Assembly (NCBI GenBank): GCA_028534125.1
Contig: CM052817.1
Coordinates: forward strand, 9,302,001 to 9,366,000
Source of the DNA: Lama glama
Taxonomy: Eukaryota
DNA length: 64,000 bases
Direction: 5' to 3'
Part shown: one piece after another, positions 22,871-36,414 of the stretch
Numbering within the stretch: position 1 is the stretch's first letter
Layout: every line of letters begins with the position of its first letter
Position numbers and translations under genes: made by a program
The notes under the pieces: generated by a model
Databases searched by the model: none
The model's input: the letters and a program-made list of their open reading frames with translations, nothing else
What the model was told of the DNA's origin: nothing

Positions 22871-24219
22871 GGAAATGAGAATTACCATATGCATTCTTGA
22901 CAACGTGGTCCTAGAGGCATCATGCTCTGGCAAAGAGCACAGTGAATCCGGCATCGAAGGATGCCACTTCCGGTACCAGAGTCAGCAGCTAACTTACGTT
23001 GCATCCATGGTCTGTTTACCTAACTTCTCTCAGCGTCTACTTCTACATCTTTTAATTGTAGGTTTGAGCAAGACAACATCGCTGTACATTTTAGAGCATC
23101 TTATGGGCCACAATACATTTTCACACACTTTCCCTTTGTGATCAAAACTGTATGTCTAAGTTGTTGCGAAATTAGGCTTTGTGACGACACTATACCTCGA
23201 ACAGGACCACTTTCTTTAGCTCTGGCCCCTTCCATGATTCATTTCTGTAGCCAAATCATCTCCATCAACCGCAGAGGGGAGTCCTTGTTTGGCGCTATTT
23301 TTATTAACAAGTGTTTCAACTTAATTGGCTCCTGGACTAAGGAATTAAACTTGGCAAGGAAATGAATCAGTGCTCCCTGGATTTCTGCATGATTCCTTGC
23401 CTATGTGTGTGTTTCCTTGACTTGCATTCACTGTTCCACATGCTGGTGTTCCTGGAGTTTTTCAAGCCACTGCAGATAGATGGGACAGACTCGATCCCTA
23501 TCCTTGAGGGTTCCTAGTTGGATTATTCCTGTACTGATTTGAAGATTTCATGGCTTCATGCCCAGCCTCCAGTGTAGCCACCAGTCCCTGTATGGACTGA
23601 ACTTCTTTGGTCTTTTAAGTGACTTTGTATGAACAGAAGCACCTTTTAGGCATGGGAATCTGGCCAAGCAAAATGACCAGGAAAAATCGGATTCTCCAAT
23701 GATGGAGGCAAAACAAGGACAGCAACTCCAGGTGAAATGTGCCTCTGAGGTGGTGCCGGCTTATCTTGTCATCACAGCTGTTTACTATCACCAGCAGAGC
23801 CAATCTGAGACGTTCTCTGGTTCACCTGACCCAGGTAGAATGTCCCCTCCTGGAGCAGTAACGTGACACTAATTTGTGGCAAGAAAAGATTCCACCTAAT
23901 AAGACACAAGTAAAATATTGGATTATCTTAAAAATAATTGAGAAAATATTCTAATGCTTCATCCCTGCTAGTTTAATATTCAAAAAAATATGTGGCTATG
24001 GCTTCAGGTCAGATTGATTTTACTATGTGAAGCTTTAGTTACCTTTTTCCCCCAAAATCCCTCTGGGTCAGAAAAAAATTCAGGGAGTCACTGTGGAGCG
24101 TGGACATGTATTCTGCTTGGGGATTTGCTTTTTCTGTCATTGTTATAGTATAGTACTCTAGGGTGGGGTGGGCGTGGACTTCTAAGAATTTATCCTAGAG
24201 ACATACTCATATAAACATT

Positions 24220-24440
24220 AGCAATAATAATGGTAATTAGCAAGTCTTGGGCCTGGTATTTGCCAGGGATTGTGCTAAGTGCATTATTTGCATCATTTAT
24301 TCCATCTTCACAATCATGCATTGAACGGTAGCTTAGTGTCATCCCCACTTTCCAGATGAGGAAGTTTGGAGAGGATAAGTACATTGCCAAAGTCACATGG
24401 CAAGGTACGTGAAGTCAGGTCAGCGGTTTATCTAACCCCT
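24220..24440 (-). mobile_element. MIR SINE
   Basis: TGCCAGGGATTGTGCTAAGTGC...CCCCACTTTCCAGATGAGGAAGTTTGGAGAGGATAAGTACATTGCCAAAGTCACA. Confidence 0.8.
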
Positions 24441-24659
24441 AATTACTAAAGTACGTTACTTTGCATATAATGGTATCCTGTATATTCAAGTGAAGATATA
24501 AAGAAAAAAGGCTGAAAAGATATGCCCTGAACTGTTAATAGTGTTTGGCTTTAAGTGATGAGATGGTTTTTACTTCCTTCTTACTTTCCAAATTGTCTTC
24601 ACTGTAAACATATTATATTACCTGAACACACGTCCACACACACAAACACACACACACAC

Positions 24660-25410
24660 GTTCTCTCTGTTTCTCCCCAGTTCTTCTCCACTTCAGAAAA
24701 TGGCTCTACCACCTACTCAAAACAAAACTGAGAGCTAACATTTGCTCTTGACCCTCTAGTTTCCATGACCACACAATCCTCATCAACAAGATGGTACCCT
24801 GAAAGAGGTCTGGGACTCCCACCTTCTCTCCACTTGCCAGGAGACCACCATCCTCTTTCCTGACGACTCCCACTGTCCTCACCATGTCGCAGCAAGAGAG
24901 ATCTTTTGAAAATGTGCATCAGAGTAAGTTTCTTCTCCTCGTAACATCTATCTCTGTGTGGCAAGTAAAGTAAAATTCAATTCAGATAAAATCCATGCCC
25001 TGGCCCCACCCAAGCTCTCTCTGTAGCTGATTCCCACTTCCTTCTCCAAATTCTCCTCCTGCCATTTCCCATCCCTCTCTCCCCTTGGGTCCTGAGGCTG
25101 GAAATCTCTCTCTCAGGCTATCGCATATGCAGTTTCTGGGCCCAGGGCCCTTGTGCCCTGCCTCTGGAGGGAACAACTCAACTAACTCTTGCTTATTCTT
25201 CACATTTCTGCCAAGACGTCACCTCTGTAGAAGGACTTCCTGGCCATCCTATCGAAATAGAACCCTCCTCCCATTATATGCCCAAAGAACTTGTTCTTCT
25301 CTCCTTCAGAGCATAAGTCTGTGTTTCCGTTTGTTTTCTTTCTCACCATCTGCCTCCTTCCTAGAGAATGGACCTTGTCTGTCTCACTCCCTGCCCAGCA
25401 CAGAGCCTGG
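24660..25410 (+). mobile_element. L2 fragments
   Basis: GCAAGAGAGATCTTTTGAAAATGTGCATCAGA...CCTCTGTAGAAGGACTTCCTGGCC...GGACCTTGTCTGTCTC...GCCCAGCACAGAGCCTGG. Confidence 0.55.
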
Positions 25411-27289
25411 CTTCCTCCCCATGGGGGCTCTGCTCCGTGATCACCCACAGCCGAGTTGTATTGAGCTGGAGACACGAACTGACCTGCAAGCGAGCTCAAG
25501 CAGTTTCAAACCATGACCAGTTTATTCTTGAAACGGGAGTAAAGCTGAGTCCATGGAAGTCAGGGTACCCAGTGGACACTTGGGAGTCCTTGGAGGTAAC
25601 CCCCAAGGAGAGCACATCTTAAAGGATGGGGAATAAACGTGAGCTGATCTGAAAGCTGCATAAATATTCAGATGCAGTACTAACTGCAGAATTGTTTACA
25701 ACCTTGGGCAGCAAAAGATTTTTTTAGAACAGAGTATTTGATCACTGATATTGTATACCATTATCAGGGCTTAGTGGTAATAAAAAAAACAGACCACTTC
25801 ACGTCAGTTATAGTTTGTCTTCAGATAATGGACCCTTTTATTGCCTAATCCAGGATGATCCTCTCCCGCTGCCGGCATGGACTTGGTACCCAGTGGCAAC
25901 GCACAATTTCTACAGCTCTGGCAGCAGCTGTGTCTATCCCAACTGCAGGTCCTTGGACAGTCATCCTCATTCTCTTCAACAAAATGGATATACTGATGGC
26001 TTCCTACTAGGATTCTTGTGAGAATTAAATAAGAAGGGAGTACAATATTTTAAATGCTTGGCAACAGCATAAACTGTTATTAGCCTAAGGGTAGAGACAG
26101 TCTTGTTCATCTTTTTATGTTTAGCGGTGAAACAAGGGCAGGAGATTTGTTGACATTTATAAAAATAATGGAGGTGACTCTACCGTCTCTGCCCTCATTC
26201 ATTTCACAGGTGATCCTTAGGACCTCCGAAGATGTTTGCTTTAAGACGTGATGAAAGATAAGACATTGTCCCTACATCTCTTCCCCCCAAGTTGTCCTTG
26301 AGATAGACACTGTGCTTCCAGGGTTGGGTCCTAGGTGGGAACTAAGAGGGAAGGAGTTTCTTATTGAGTTCTGGTCCAGAGAGGGGATCAACTGGCTCAC
26401 CACAGAATCTGCTTCCTTCAGCTGGAAAGGCAAGAAGGGCGAAGCAGGGATCTGAGGGCAGGAGGGAGGAAGTTCCAATCCAGTGCCAGTCCTTATGGGC
26501 TGTGTGATTTTGGACATTTTCATCAACATCTCTGAACATGACTATTCTGGCCCACCAATGGGGGTGATACACCCCTTTTCATGGGATTATCATAAGAATC
26601 AAATAATATGGCATTGTATACCCAACATGGTGTCTGAAACACAGTCAGTGCTCAATACACATTAATTTGCTAATGCCTTCTTTCAAGCCTCTTTGTGTTG
26701 GGTGGGAAGAGAGTGGGAGATGGAGGGAGAAAAGAGAGAAAGAGAGATTTGAAAGACAAATCATGTCACGTCTGCAGAACACAGCGACTCTCTTGGAAAA
26801 GCCGTAAAGAACAAGAAACAGCACTCAGCCAGACTGTGTCCATGACCACGGACTCAACCTTTGCTGTTTGCAGATGTGAAATTTGGGAATGGCAAATATT
26901 AGACTGAGGCAAACGTGACTTTTGTGAATTTCTCTGGGCTGCTTTCTGAGAAGTGTCTCTTTGTGTGCCAGCTCTCCACCTCCGCCTGTTCCCTGGCCTC
27001 CGGAATGTGCCCCCTACAGCAGGGCCTGAATAGTTACCAGGGTGATGAAGATGTCCTTGGCTCAAAGTATGCTGATTTGGGCTTGAATGGCTGGTCAGGG
27101 CTTAATGACCAGGGACTTCTGACGTTCAAGGGCAGCTCTGGCATCAGGATGGCATGAAAACTGGCAGCCCTGAAGATGCTTGCTTGCTCAATTTCAATTT
27201 CTTTTCATTCCCAAGGCATTCAATTTGGAGGCCACGGGGCTTTTGATTATGGTATTTGGTAGCATATCTCTGACGTTGGAAGATCCTCC

Positions 27290-27669
27290 TGTTGTGAACT
27301 GAATGTTTGTGTGCTCCCAAAATGCGTATGCTGAAACCCTAACCCCCAGTGTAATAGTATAAAGAGGTGGGCCTTTGGGAGGTAACTAGGCTTAGATGGG
27401 GTCATGAAGTCATGAGGTCATGAGGATGGAGCCCCCCAAAACAGGATTAGTGCCCTTAAAAGAAGAGATGAGAGCTTCCGTGCTTGCTCTCAACCACATG
27501 AGGATAGAGCAAAAAGGCGGCCTTCTGCAAGAAGGCTCTTACCAGGGATCAGTTAGGCAGCACCTTGATCTGGGACTTCCCAGCCTCCAGAGCTCCAAGG
27601 AATACACTTCTGTGGTTTTAGCTACCAGCCTATGGTATTGTTTTATAGCAGCCGGAGCTGACTAAGACA
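27290..27669 (+). mobile_element. MLT1A0-like MaLR solo LTR, full length
   Basis: TGTTGTGAACTGAATGTTTGTGTGCTCCCAAAATGCGTATGCTGAAACCCTAACCCCCAG...GCACCTTGATCTGGGACTTCCCAGCCTCCAGA...TATAGCAGCCGGAGCTGACTAAGACA. 5-bp TSD CCTCC / CTTCC. Confidence 0.9.
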
Positions 27670-29632
27670 CTTCCATAGAAATGTGTTTCATGGAGGAGTC
27701 ACATATGCCTGGGTTCCAGTCTCCATCCTGCTACTTAGTTATGTGACACTGGTAAGTTATTCCTCTTCTCTGAGCCTCAATTCCCTTGAAGAGTTAGAAG
27801 GGACGGGAAAGAAAGAACAGACAGTGTTCCACTTGTCTCTTTACTGTATAACAAACCATCCCAAATTTGGCTTGAAACTATACTTTATGATTGTCTCTCA
27901 TAGTTCTACAGGTTGGCTGGGCCCCACTGTGCAGGCGGAGCTGTAGCCGTCCGGGGGCTGGATGTCCAGGGCGGCTCCCCCCGTGGTCGGTCTTTCATCC
28001 CGGCTGTCCTCTAGCAGCGCAGGTGGGGCTGTTGACCTAAAAGCCTACAGGTGGCCTCTGTACGTGACACGGCTTCTCACAGTACGGTGGGTGGGTAAAG
28101 CCAGGCAAGGCCTGAAGGTTCTGCAGTTCAGTGAAATCCAGTTGATAATTAAGATGCCCTCAGCTTCCAAAAATGATTCTCTGAGAGCAGCCCCTCCACC
28201 TGGGTTCTGAAGAAGGGAGATGTCTCCTCCCCAGCAAGGTGACAGTTTCCACAGCTTCCTCATCTTCTGTGTCTCACAGCTTGAGGGGGGTCTGGGATGG
28301 TGGTTGGGCAGGTGTGGAGCTAATTCTGCCACCTCAGAGCTCCTCGGGCGTGCTGCTTGAGCTTGGCCTCTGTTGGAGCTTTAGTTTAGAATGTGGGCTA
28401 CTGGAGTCTCCTGTCCTCCAGTTTCTGTTACGTTATCATTCAATAGGATAAGACTACCTTAGAAATGGTGTCCAGGGGAGCAAGGAAAGGATCATTGTGC
28501 CATTCACACACCTCTGGCTTTTGGAATGATAGCCTGTTTCCTTGCTTGGAAAGCAGCAAGGAAACATCACCAGACGACACAAGTCTATGCTTGCCTATTC
28601 CCATTATGAAGGATGGGGAACCCTGAGCTGAACTTTTGTGCCATATGGCTCCCTGGGCCAGTCATTTCTCCTCACTCTATCCTTTACTTCATGAACAATA
28701 CTCCCACCTGTCAGAGAGAGGTGCCAACCAGGACAACACAGAGAGCCCCCTTGTACTGACGACACTTCATTCCTTTACATGAGTTTAGAATATTCATTGT
28801 TATTTTTGTACATTTGCACATGTCTAAAATATTTCATTGAAACTTTTTTCCCAGAAAAATGAACTCATAAAGCCCCATAATCTTATATTAACATATTTAG
28901 GTCTGTTTCTTTACTGCACTTAAGAGCCAAAGAGAACAGGGAGCTCACCCTGGCCTCCCTAACCATGTACATGGTCCCTGGACCAGACCTGGCTGTAAAG
29001 ATTCTTTTGTAGATGAAGTGGGCCTGGTCCTGGTGGTTTGTCAAGCTGGCTGACCTCTTTCCTTCCCATTCTCTAAATTCTACTGAAGCCTTACTCTGAG
29101 CTCAGAACATGGCTTCCTTGACTCTTTCGAGAGCTTTTCACTAATGAGTGCAGTCCTCGCTGGTATCGCTCAGAATGTCTGTACTCTGTGCCAGTCTGCG
29201 CTACAGAAGAGAGAGAATGGACATTTTACTGAGCACTAAGAAGCAGACACAATTTTGTCTCATTTCATCCCATCTGTGAGATAGGTGATGTCCAGGTGAA
29301 AGTTCACACTCGCCAAGACAAGTCAGCACCCACTACTGACCACATCTTATAGAAAGCTCTTGAGATGCAGCAATGGAAATAAAATAGACTAAATAGTCTG
29401 TTTCTTTAAGGAACTTTTAATGAACATAGGGAACTGGCTCAGAGAGATCTATGAGCTCCCAGCACAGCCAGGATCTGACCTCAGGAACACAGCGCTTCTG
29501 CTCTTTACTCCGCATGCGGCATGGCGCTGGGAGTGTCTCCTTTTCATTTACTCTCACGACCAATGGTGTAAGGCTTACATATGACAAGTGAAAAGACTTA
29601 CTGCTGAGAAGCTTACGCAGCTGATAAGAGAT

Positions 29633-30079
29633 TGGACCAGGCTGGATCGTGCCTCCTACAAATGCATATCCACCCAGAACCTCAGAATGTGTCCTTATTT
29701 GGAAATGGGATCTTTGCAGGTATGATTAAGATGAGATCCTACTGGATTAGGATGGACGCTAAATTCAATGCCCAAGGTCCTCTGAAGAAGGCTGTGTAAA
29801 CACATGGAGGGACACACAGGAAGAAGGCCATGTGATGATGGAGGAAGAGATGGGGCTGATACATCTGCCCACTGGGAGCGCCATGCGTGGCCAACAAACT
29901 CTGGAAGCTGGGAGAGAGGCCTGGGACAGAGAATCCCTCTAAATCCTCGAAAGAGCCAACCCTGCTGACACCTTGATTTTTGGGCTTCTGGTCCCCTAAA
30001 CTGAGAGGAAATAAGTACCTGGTGTTTTAAGCCACCTGGTTTGTGGTTATTTGTAACTGCATCCCAGCAAATGAACGCA
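29633..30079 (+). mobile_element. MLT1C-like MaLR solo LTR, full length
   Basis: CCAGAACCTCAGAATGTGTCCTTATTTGGAAATGGGATCTTTGCAG...GAAGGCCATGTGATGATGGAGG...CCAACCCTGCTGACACCTTGATTTT...TTTAAGCCACCTGGTTTGTGGTTATTTGT. TSD GAGAT / GAGAC. Confidence 0.88.
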
Positions 30080-30632
30080 GAGACTGAGGCTGGAGTCAGG
30101 CCCATTTTCACTTCCAGAGTCCAGGCTCCTGCAGCCGTCCTGTCTTCCCTCACCCAAGGATGACGGCGAATGGGCTGAGATGGGGTAAGTGTGCTTTGCA
30201 AATCTCAGGGTGTCTCTCAAAGTCATGGGTTTTTAATCATTATTATTTCAAGAGACTCTTCCCAAAAGAATCTAAGAACTCAGTAAAATTTCATTAAATG
30301 AGATACAAGACATAACCTATTCCTCATTATCAAATCAACTCTTTAAAATGATATTTCCAGAATGCCTCCTACTCTCGCTCCACCTCCTGTTCTGTTCTAA
30401 ATAATGCCCCTGGTGATGATGCCAGAACTGTGAGGGAAAGCCCGTGAGTAATACTTAACACCAGCCCATTCTCAGCTGTAGCAAATCACACTGGCATGTA
30501 CATGGCACCTGATGGATGGGGGCAGACTTGGGCATGCGGGACTCATTAAAATTGTATTATAAGTAAGCTTGGTGTTAGATGGTGTTGCTGTTGTTCTTTT
30601 CATCCAGCAAGGACTTAAAAAGTCATCATGGC

Positions 30633-31229
30633 CACATGAACCCCAATGTTCATGGCAGCACCACTGACAATAGCCAAGACATGGAAGCAACCCAAGTGTC
30701 CATCAATAGATGATTTAAAAAGATGCGGTGTATACACACACACACACACACATATACATACATAAACATGTATGAAATATTACTCAGCCATAAAAAAGAC
30801 TGAAAGATTGCCATTTGCAGCAACATGGATGGACCTAGAGACTATTATACTGAATGAAGTAAGTCAGAGAAAGACAAATATTATATGAAATCACTTATAT
30901 GTGGAATCTAAAAAATAACGCAAATGAATCCATATACAAAACAGAAACAGACTCACAGATACAGAAAACAAACTTGTGGTTACCAAAGGGGAGAGAGAGG
31001 TGGGGAGGGGTAAATCAGGAGTATGGGATTAACAGACACATAGTACTATCCATAAAATAGATAAGCAACAAGGATGTACTGTAAAGCACAGGGAACTATA
31101 TTCAATAATTTGTAATAACCTGTAATGGAAAATAATCTGAAAAAAAATACACAACTGAATCACTGTGCTGTGCAACTGAGACTAACACAACATTGTAAAT
31201 CAGCTAGATTTCAATTTTTAAAAAAGCTC
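30633..31229 (+). mobile_element. Cetartiodactyl L1 3' end
   Basis: CCCCAATGTTCATGGCAGCAC...ATAGCCAAGACATGGAAGCAACCCAAGTGTCCATC...GAGACTAACACAACATTGTAAATCAGCTA. TSD AAAAGTCATCATGGC (30618-30632) / AAAAGTCATTATTGC (31230-31244). Confidence 0.9.
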
Positions 31230-31729
31230 AAAAGTCATTATTGCAGGTAATCAGATTATAAATAGAAAAGAACCAAGTCTGGTCTCTTAAGAGGACTTGC
31301 TTAAGGACAGAGATGGGCCTTGATCTTGTTTGAGTGCTAGGGTCCCCGCTGCTCCCAGTACAGCTGCACACACACGTGCATGTGTGTATAGACACGCATG
31401 TGCATAGGTGCAGGCACTTGCATACATATGTGCACACATGCACACAGGCCCACGTACACTCTCTAAGAGGAACCACACACTCCCCGTTTCCCTCGGACCT
31501 CACTGTCCCCTTGCCATCTTCATTACTCGCCTCCCTCCTACGGCCTGTCCCAATCTTAACAATAAAAGCTGTCTTTCTGCAGCGCTACTGCTTGCCTGGC
31601 ACTTTTTAATCTCCACTTTACAGATGAGTAAAATGAGGCACAGAAATGTGGAAGGTGACCTAGCTTTCCGCCTGGTCTCACATTCTCTCTATAACCCTTC
31701 TCGACTTGTGCTCGCGCCTTCTTATGTTT

Positions 31730-32200
31730 TTAAGTTCCTCCTCTATGTCGATGACTCCAGGATTTCTGCTCCAGCCCAGGCTGTGTGCTCTGGGCTCACA
31801 TTAACAACCGCATAATTGCCACCTTCAGCTGGATGTCTCAGACATCTCAAACGTAGTGCATTAGAAACTGAACACCCTCCTTCCCCCACACACATCCTAT
31901 AAACTCTTCCAGAGTGCTTCCCTACCCGCCCCCACCCCTTTGCTCACAGTAAATACTGCCATCCCTCCACTCAGTTGCTCAATCTGAAAACAAAGATTCT
32001 CCCATGATTCTTCCATTTCCATCCCTCCCTCCACAAATCGCACACATCACAAGTCTTGTCAATCTCACCTCCAAAAACACTCCTAACTGACCAGCATTTC
32101 TCCATGTCCACGTTTGTCATTCTTGTCCAGATGAGCTGGAAGACAAGGTTCTCCAGGCTGGTCTTCTCACTTCCACTCAGTCCAAGGCAACTCCTTCAAA
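31730..32200 (+). mobile_element. L2 fragment
   Basis: CTATGTCGATGACTCCAGGATTTC...CTGGATGTCTCAGACATCTCAAAC...AAACTGAAC...CATCACAAGTCTTGTCAATCTCACCTCCAAAA. Confidence 0.72.
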
Positions 32201-33299
32201 CCAAATTCTGATCAGGTATATGCCTGAATGATAACCAGTCATGTCATCGGGGTACAGGCCTTTCCAATCAGTCTTAGAAAACCTGCGAAGTAACACCATC
32301 AAAAGCTATTTTCCAAAAGCTCTGGCCACCAATTTCATAGCTTGGAAATACTAAAAATAAATTGTAGCCCTGAATGATGTGGGATGAAGGATGCAGGGCC
32401 AGTGAGCCCTGGTCTGCATGCTCAGAGCCAGTGACTCCCCATCGCCCTGGCGACCACCCAGGTTCTGTCACGGGGACCACATTCCAGAGGTGAGGGAACA
32501 AGAGCAGAGGTGGGAGCAGGCCCACAGAGCAACGTCAGAGCTAAGATGGCCTCAGGGTCATGGGGAAGTGGTTGAATTTTATACGAAGCAGAGAAGCAGG
32601 GATGGGTCCTGTATAATCTTCCCCAGCTCAGGGCAGCAGTTCCCCTTTGAGGTTTGGCCTTGTGGGACAGCAGAGCCACAAGCCCAAATCCTATCTCGAA
32701 GGGCAGGATGAGGGGCAGGCCGGCAGACAGGCTCCTGGCATCCCAGCAGGAAGAGCAGGGAAGAGAGCATATTAGAAGAGGGGTAAGGTAAGAGCTCGGA
32801 GGAAAGATAAATTCCGTAGGTCTGAGAAGTGCTCACGGAGATCTTGCCATCTTTTAGGAGATCACAGAATAAAGAATAGAGAAATGACTTTTCAGGTGGA
32901 GAGAACAGCCCGTGCAGAAGCCACGAAAGCACAAACACATCGGTGGAAAGCAGGGCTCCGGGGCTGGGGCGGGCGGCTGGGTAGGTGTTGATGGGAGCCT
33001 GGTGCTGGGGAACTGAGGAGGGTCCAGATCACCGGCGATGTTTAGGAGGAGTCAGATGTGGGGAGACACACACTCAGAGTGGGGATGCTATGCTGTGGCA
33101 CTAGAGGAAATGGCACTTGAGGGAGGGGGTGCCACAACGAAGACGGCTCAGCGCCCACTCCTGAGATTTCCTGTGTCACGGGCCTCTCCCCTGTGCCCCC
33201 CACACTCCATGCCCACCCTTCCACCACCATCACCCTGTATTTACATTTGTCGTTTCATGAGGTCAGAATCAAGCAACCTCTTTAGGATACTCAGAACCT

Positions 33300-34260
33300 A
33301 GAAACCAATTAAATTTGAACAAACAAAAAGCCCCAAAAAGCACATATAATCCAATCACCTCAAAATAAGCTCTGTAAACAAGTTGGCGGATGTCCTCTGG
33401 GCATTTTCCCTCTGTATGCATCTGTGTTTTGTGTTCACAATATACATATGCTTTTTGCAGCCTGAGTTTTTTCACCTCGTGATAGTTAATACTGGAACTC
33501 CAATGTTCATCCACATCCATCTATACCGTAATATTCAGTGGCTGCCTGGTGTTTCACAGCATAGTTTTGGTAACCAGTCTGTAGCCTCTGAATATCAGGT
33601 AACTTCAAACAGTTCACTTTTTTAAATAAGCTACAGTGAGTACTCTTGTATTTATACCTTTTCACATCTGTCTAAATATTTCTTTAGGATAAATCCCCAG
33701 AAATGATTTTTTTTTCATTTAAGATATATATGTGTTTAAGGATTTAGAATATACAGCCGAGTTTTTCTTTGGAAAGTTTATCTCTGTGGAGCAATGTCTG
33801 AAGGTGCCCATTTCCCTACAACCTCGCTGATACTGGGAGGTACCTTTTTTCCTCCCAATCTAATAGGCAAACAATGCTATTTTGTTGTTATTTTATTGTA
33901 GACTGTGTTTTCTTTTATTGACAAGATTCTTAATATGTTTATTAATCATTTATATTCACTTTTCCTTTTGAAAATGACCAGCTTATATTCTCAGCCTATC
34001 TTTCTACTGGGATATTTGCCTTTTTTCAATAATATAAAAATATTTTTATAAAGATAAGCGTTTGTCATTTACATTGCAAAAAAAAGATATTCATTCCAGT
34101 TTGTCTTTGACATTTTAGCTTTGCTGATGGCATTTTAACCAATCAGAATCTGTTTTGTGGGATGCAGCCGTATTTAGTCCCCGTTTCTTTTATGGTTTCT
34201 GCCTTTGGGGTCATGCTTTAAGAGTCCATCCCCACCCTGTGATTAGGTAGATGTAAACCA
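33300..34260 (-). mobile_element. Ancient L1ME-like fragment
   Basis: TATTTCTTTAGGATAAATCCCCAGAAATG...GTGCCCATTTCCCTACAACCTCGC...TTTCTTTTATGGTTTCTGCCTTTGGGGTCATGCTTTAAGAGTCC. Confidence 0.68.
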
Positions 34261-35119
34261 GATGTCAGTGCAGTCCCTCCAGCTGTGGCAACTGTAGCCA
34301 CAGACTGTATGCAGGAAGCTGGGCCCATGCATCAGTTTCCCCAATAAATCCACTCACACCAATTATTTCCTGGAGGTTGGGGAAGGGCATGGAGGGAGGG
34401 TTTCATGATGAAGGACACATCACCATTCAGTACAGAGCATCCTGCCACCTTTTTCCTTTTTACCAAATCTCCTCTCCCAAATGTCCTTCCATTATGTAGA
34501 GCAATTAAGGAACCACCTTTTGATAGGTAAACATTCTTGGAGGGTCCTGATCTATAACCCAAGACGCTTATCAAGGATTTCTGCCAAACAAATAAACTGC
34601 TGTCTTCCAAAAAATGTTGATAAGTACATTTTTCAATTCAATACATAAATGTTACCATATATTCTTTTAGTGGTTAATAGCTCAATACTTAATATTTGAA
34701 TATTTACACTATTTGGAAATTGTTTTTATGTCTGCAGTATAAAGCTGCAAGGTAACTACTAAAATTCTTGTCTCCCCATCCCCAACAATCATCACCAAAC
34801 TGGGAGCTGCAGAGGGCAGCAGGTGAATTTGTTCCTCTCTGTATCCTCATTTCTTTTCACGGTTCCCAATGCATAGTGGGAGCTTAATAAATAAATCTTT
34901 AATGAACAGGGGAGATAAGTTGTTGAGGCCAAATGTTTACTTTCCCCAATTCGAATGAGGCTTGCCCTGTCCAGATGAAACTCAAGAACTCTTTTCACTG
35001 AGCTGACTGGAATTTGCCACTTTTGTTTACAGAGCTCTGTAGGGGCCGAACTGTTTACCCTGTCCTGGATCTTTTTTTTTTTGTCTTTTGAGAACTGCAC
35101 CTTAATTTCCCTTTGTGAC

Positions 35120-35540
35120 CAGGATGAGCTGCTTTGAACCAATCAGAACACTGTATCACTATGGCCAGGTCATGGTTTCAGGGATGGGCATGTGACGTGA
35201 GCCAGACCAATGAGAGGTTCCCCAGGTCTTTGGATGGAAGTTTCAGAAAAGAGATGCCCTCTTTACTTGGGGATGGGGGGGTGTCAATGTGCTAACTGAT
35301 ATCAGTGTGGAGAGCTAGTCTATGGGGACCACCTCTGCCACCCCGGAGAAATGAGCCAACATAGAGGAAAGGAGAACAGGGAGATGAAGAAAGAGCGATT
35401 TCCACCAAGATTATTTGAACACTGACTCTGTTCACTGAACACTGAGCTTGCATATTTCATTTCTGAGAACAAACATTTCACCGTTAGGTTTAAGTCAGCT
35501 TGTTAGACTGCTGTCTTTGAACCCCAAATATTGTTCACGA
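35120..35540 (+). mobile_element. Old MaLR LTR (MLT1J/K-like)
   Basis: GGTTTCAGGGATGGGCATGTGACGTGAGCCAGACCAATGAGAG...GAAATGAGCCAACATAGAGGAAAG...GTTTAAGTCAGCTTG. Confidence 0.65.
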
Positions 35541-36352
35541 TCTCGACTTGAAGACAGACTAAAGCATGCACCTTGTATCAGAGACCTGGACGTGTTAACA
35601 CAAAGATCCCCAAATCACTGATAGTCTGGTCCTCATAGCCCCAGTCTATCCCCGTGAACTTCCAGGGCTACACCAGCATCCACAAACAAGTGTCTTCTTG
35701 GAACAGAGCATTAACTACAATTGCTTGAGCCCCTGCTATGCATCGTGAATACATTCATTAGCTCTCTTTGCAATCATGTGACGTTACTCATGAGGAGCTG
35801 AGGTTTTTACTAAACCGTATGACATGTTCAAGTCACACAGATAGTGACTGAGAGGCAGGCGTGTGGTGGGGGGCTTGTGATGTGGTCTCTGGAGCTGATC
35901 ATTTAGACCTGAATATCTATTTCTGGCAGCTGGAGGAGTTACTTAAATGGTGTGTGCTTCACTTTCCTCACCTATAAATGACAGTAATAATAGAACTACA
36001 TTATCAAATTGTTGGAAGGAGTCACTGCGATAATACATACATACAGAGAACAGGGGCTGCCAATTGTGCTCAGGAGGAATTAACTATTAGAGCTTCTTGG
36101 TGTAGGTGGGGCTAGACTGGACAATCAGAAGCCCACGTCCCTACGAAATACATGTTGGCACTGGGAGGCCTCAGAAATGATTCTAAAATCACCTTCAGAT
36201 CTGATTGCCGGGGCCCTGTTTTAGCTGTTGAATGTGGGTGCCTGGCGGACCCCTGCTTCTTCATCTTAGTGACCACAGAACAGGAAGGATGTGGAGCTTG
36301 GGGCGCTGGTGTTATCTTCTCTTCTGAGTGGGGGAAGTTTGTCTGGCAGAGT

Positions 36353-36414
36353 AGAGAGAGAGAGAGAGAGAGAGAGAGTGTGTATGTGTGTGTGTGAGAG
36401 AGAGAGAGAGAGAG
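36353..36414. repeat. Compound (AG)n(TG)n(AG)n microsatellite
   Basis: Directly visible. Confidence 0.95.

Noticed and set aside
29695..30201. 168-aa minus-strand ORF
   Set aside because: Antisense translation of an MLT1C LTR.
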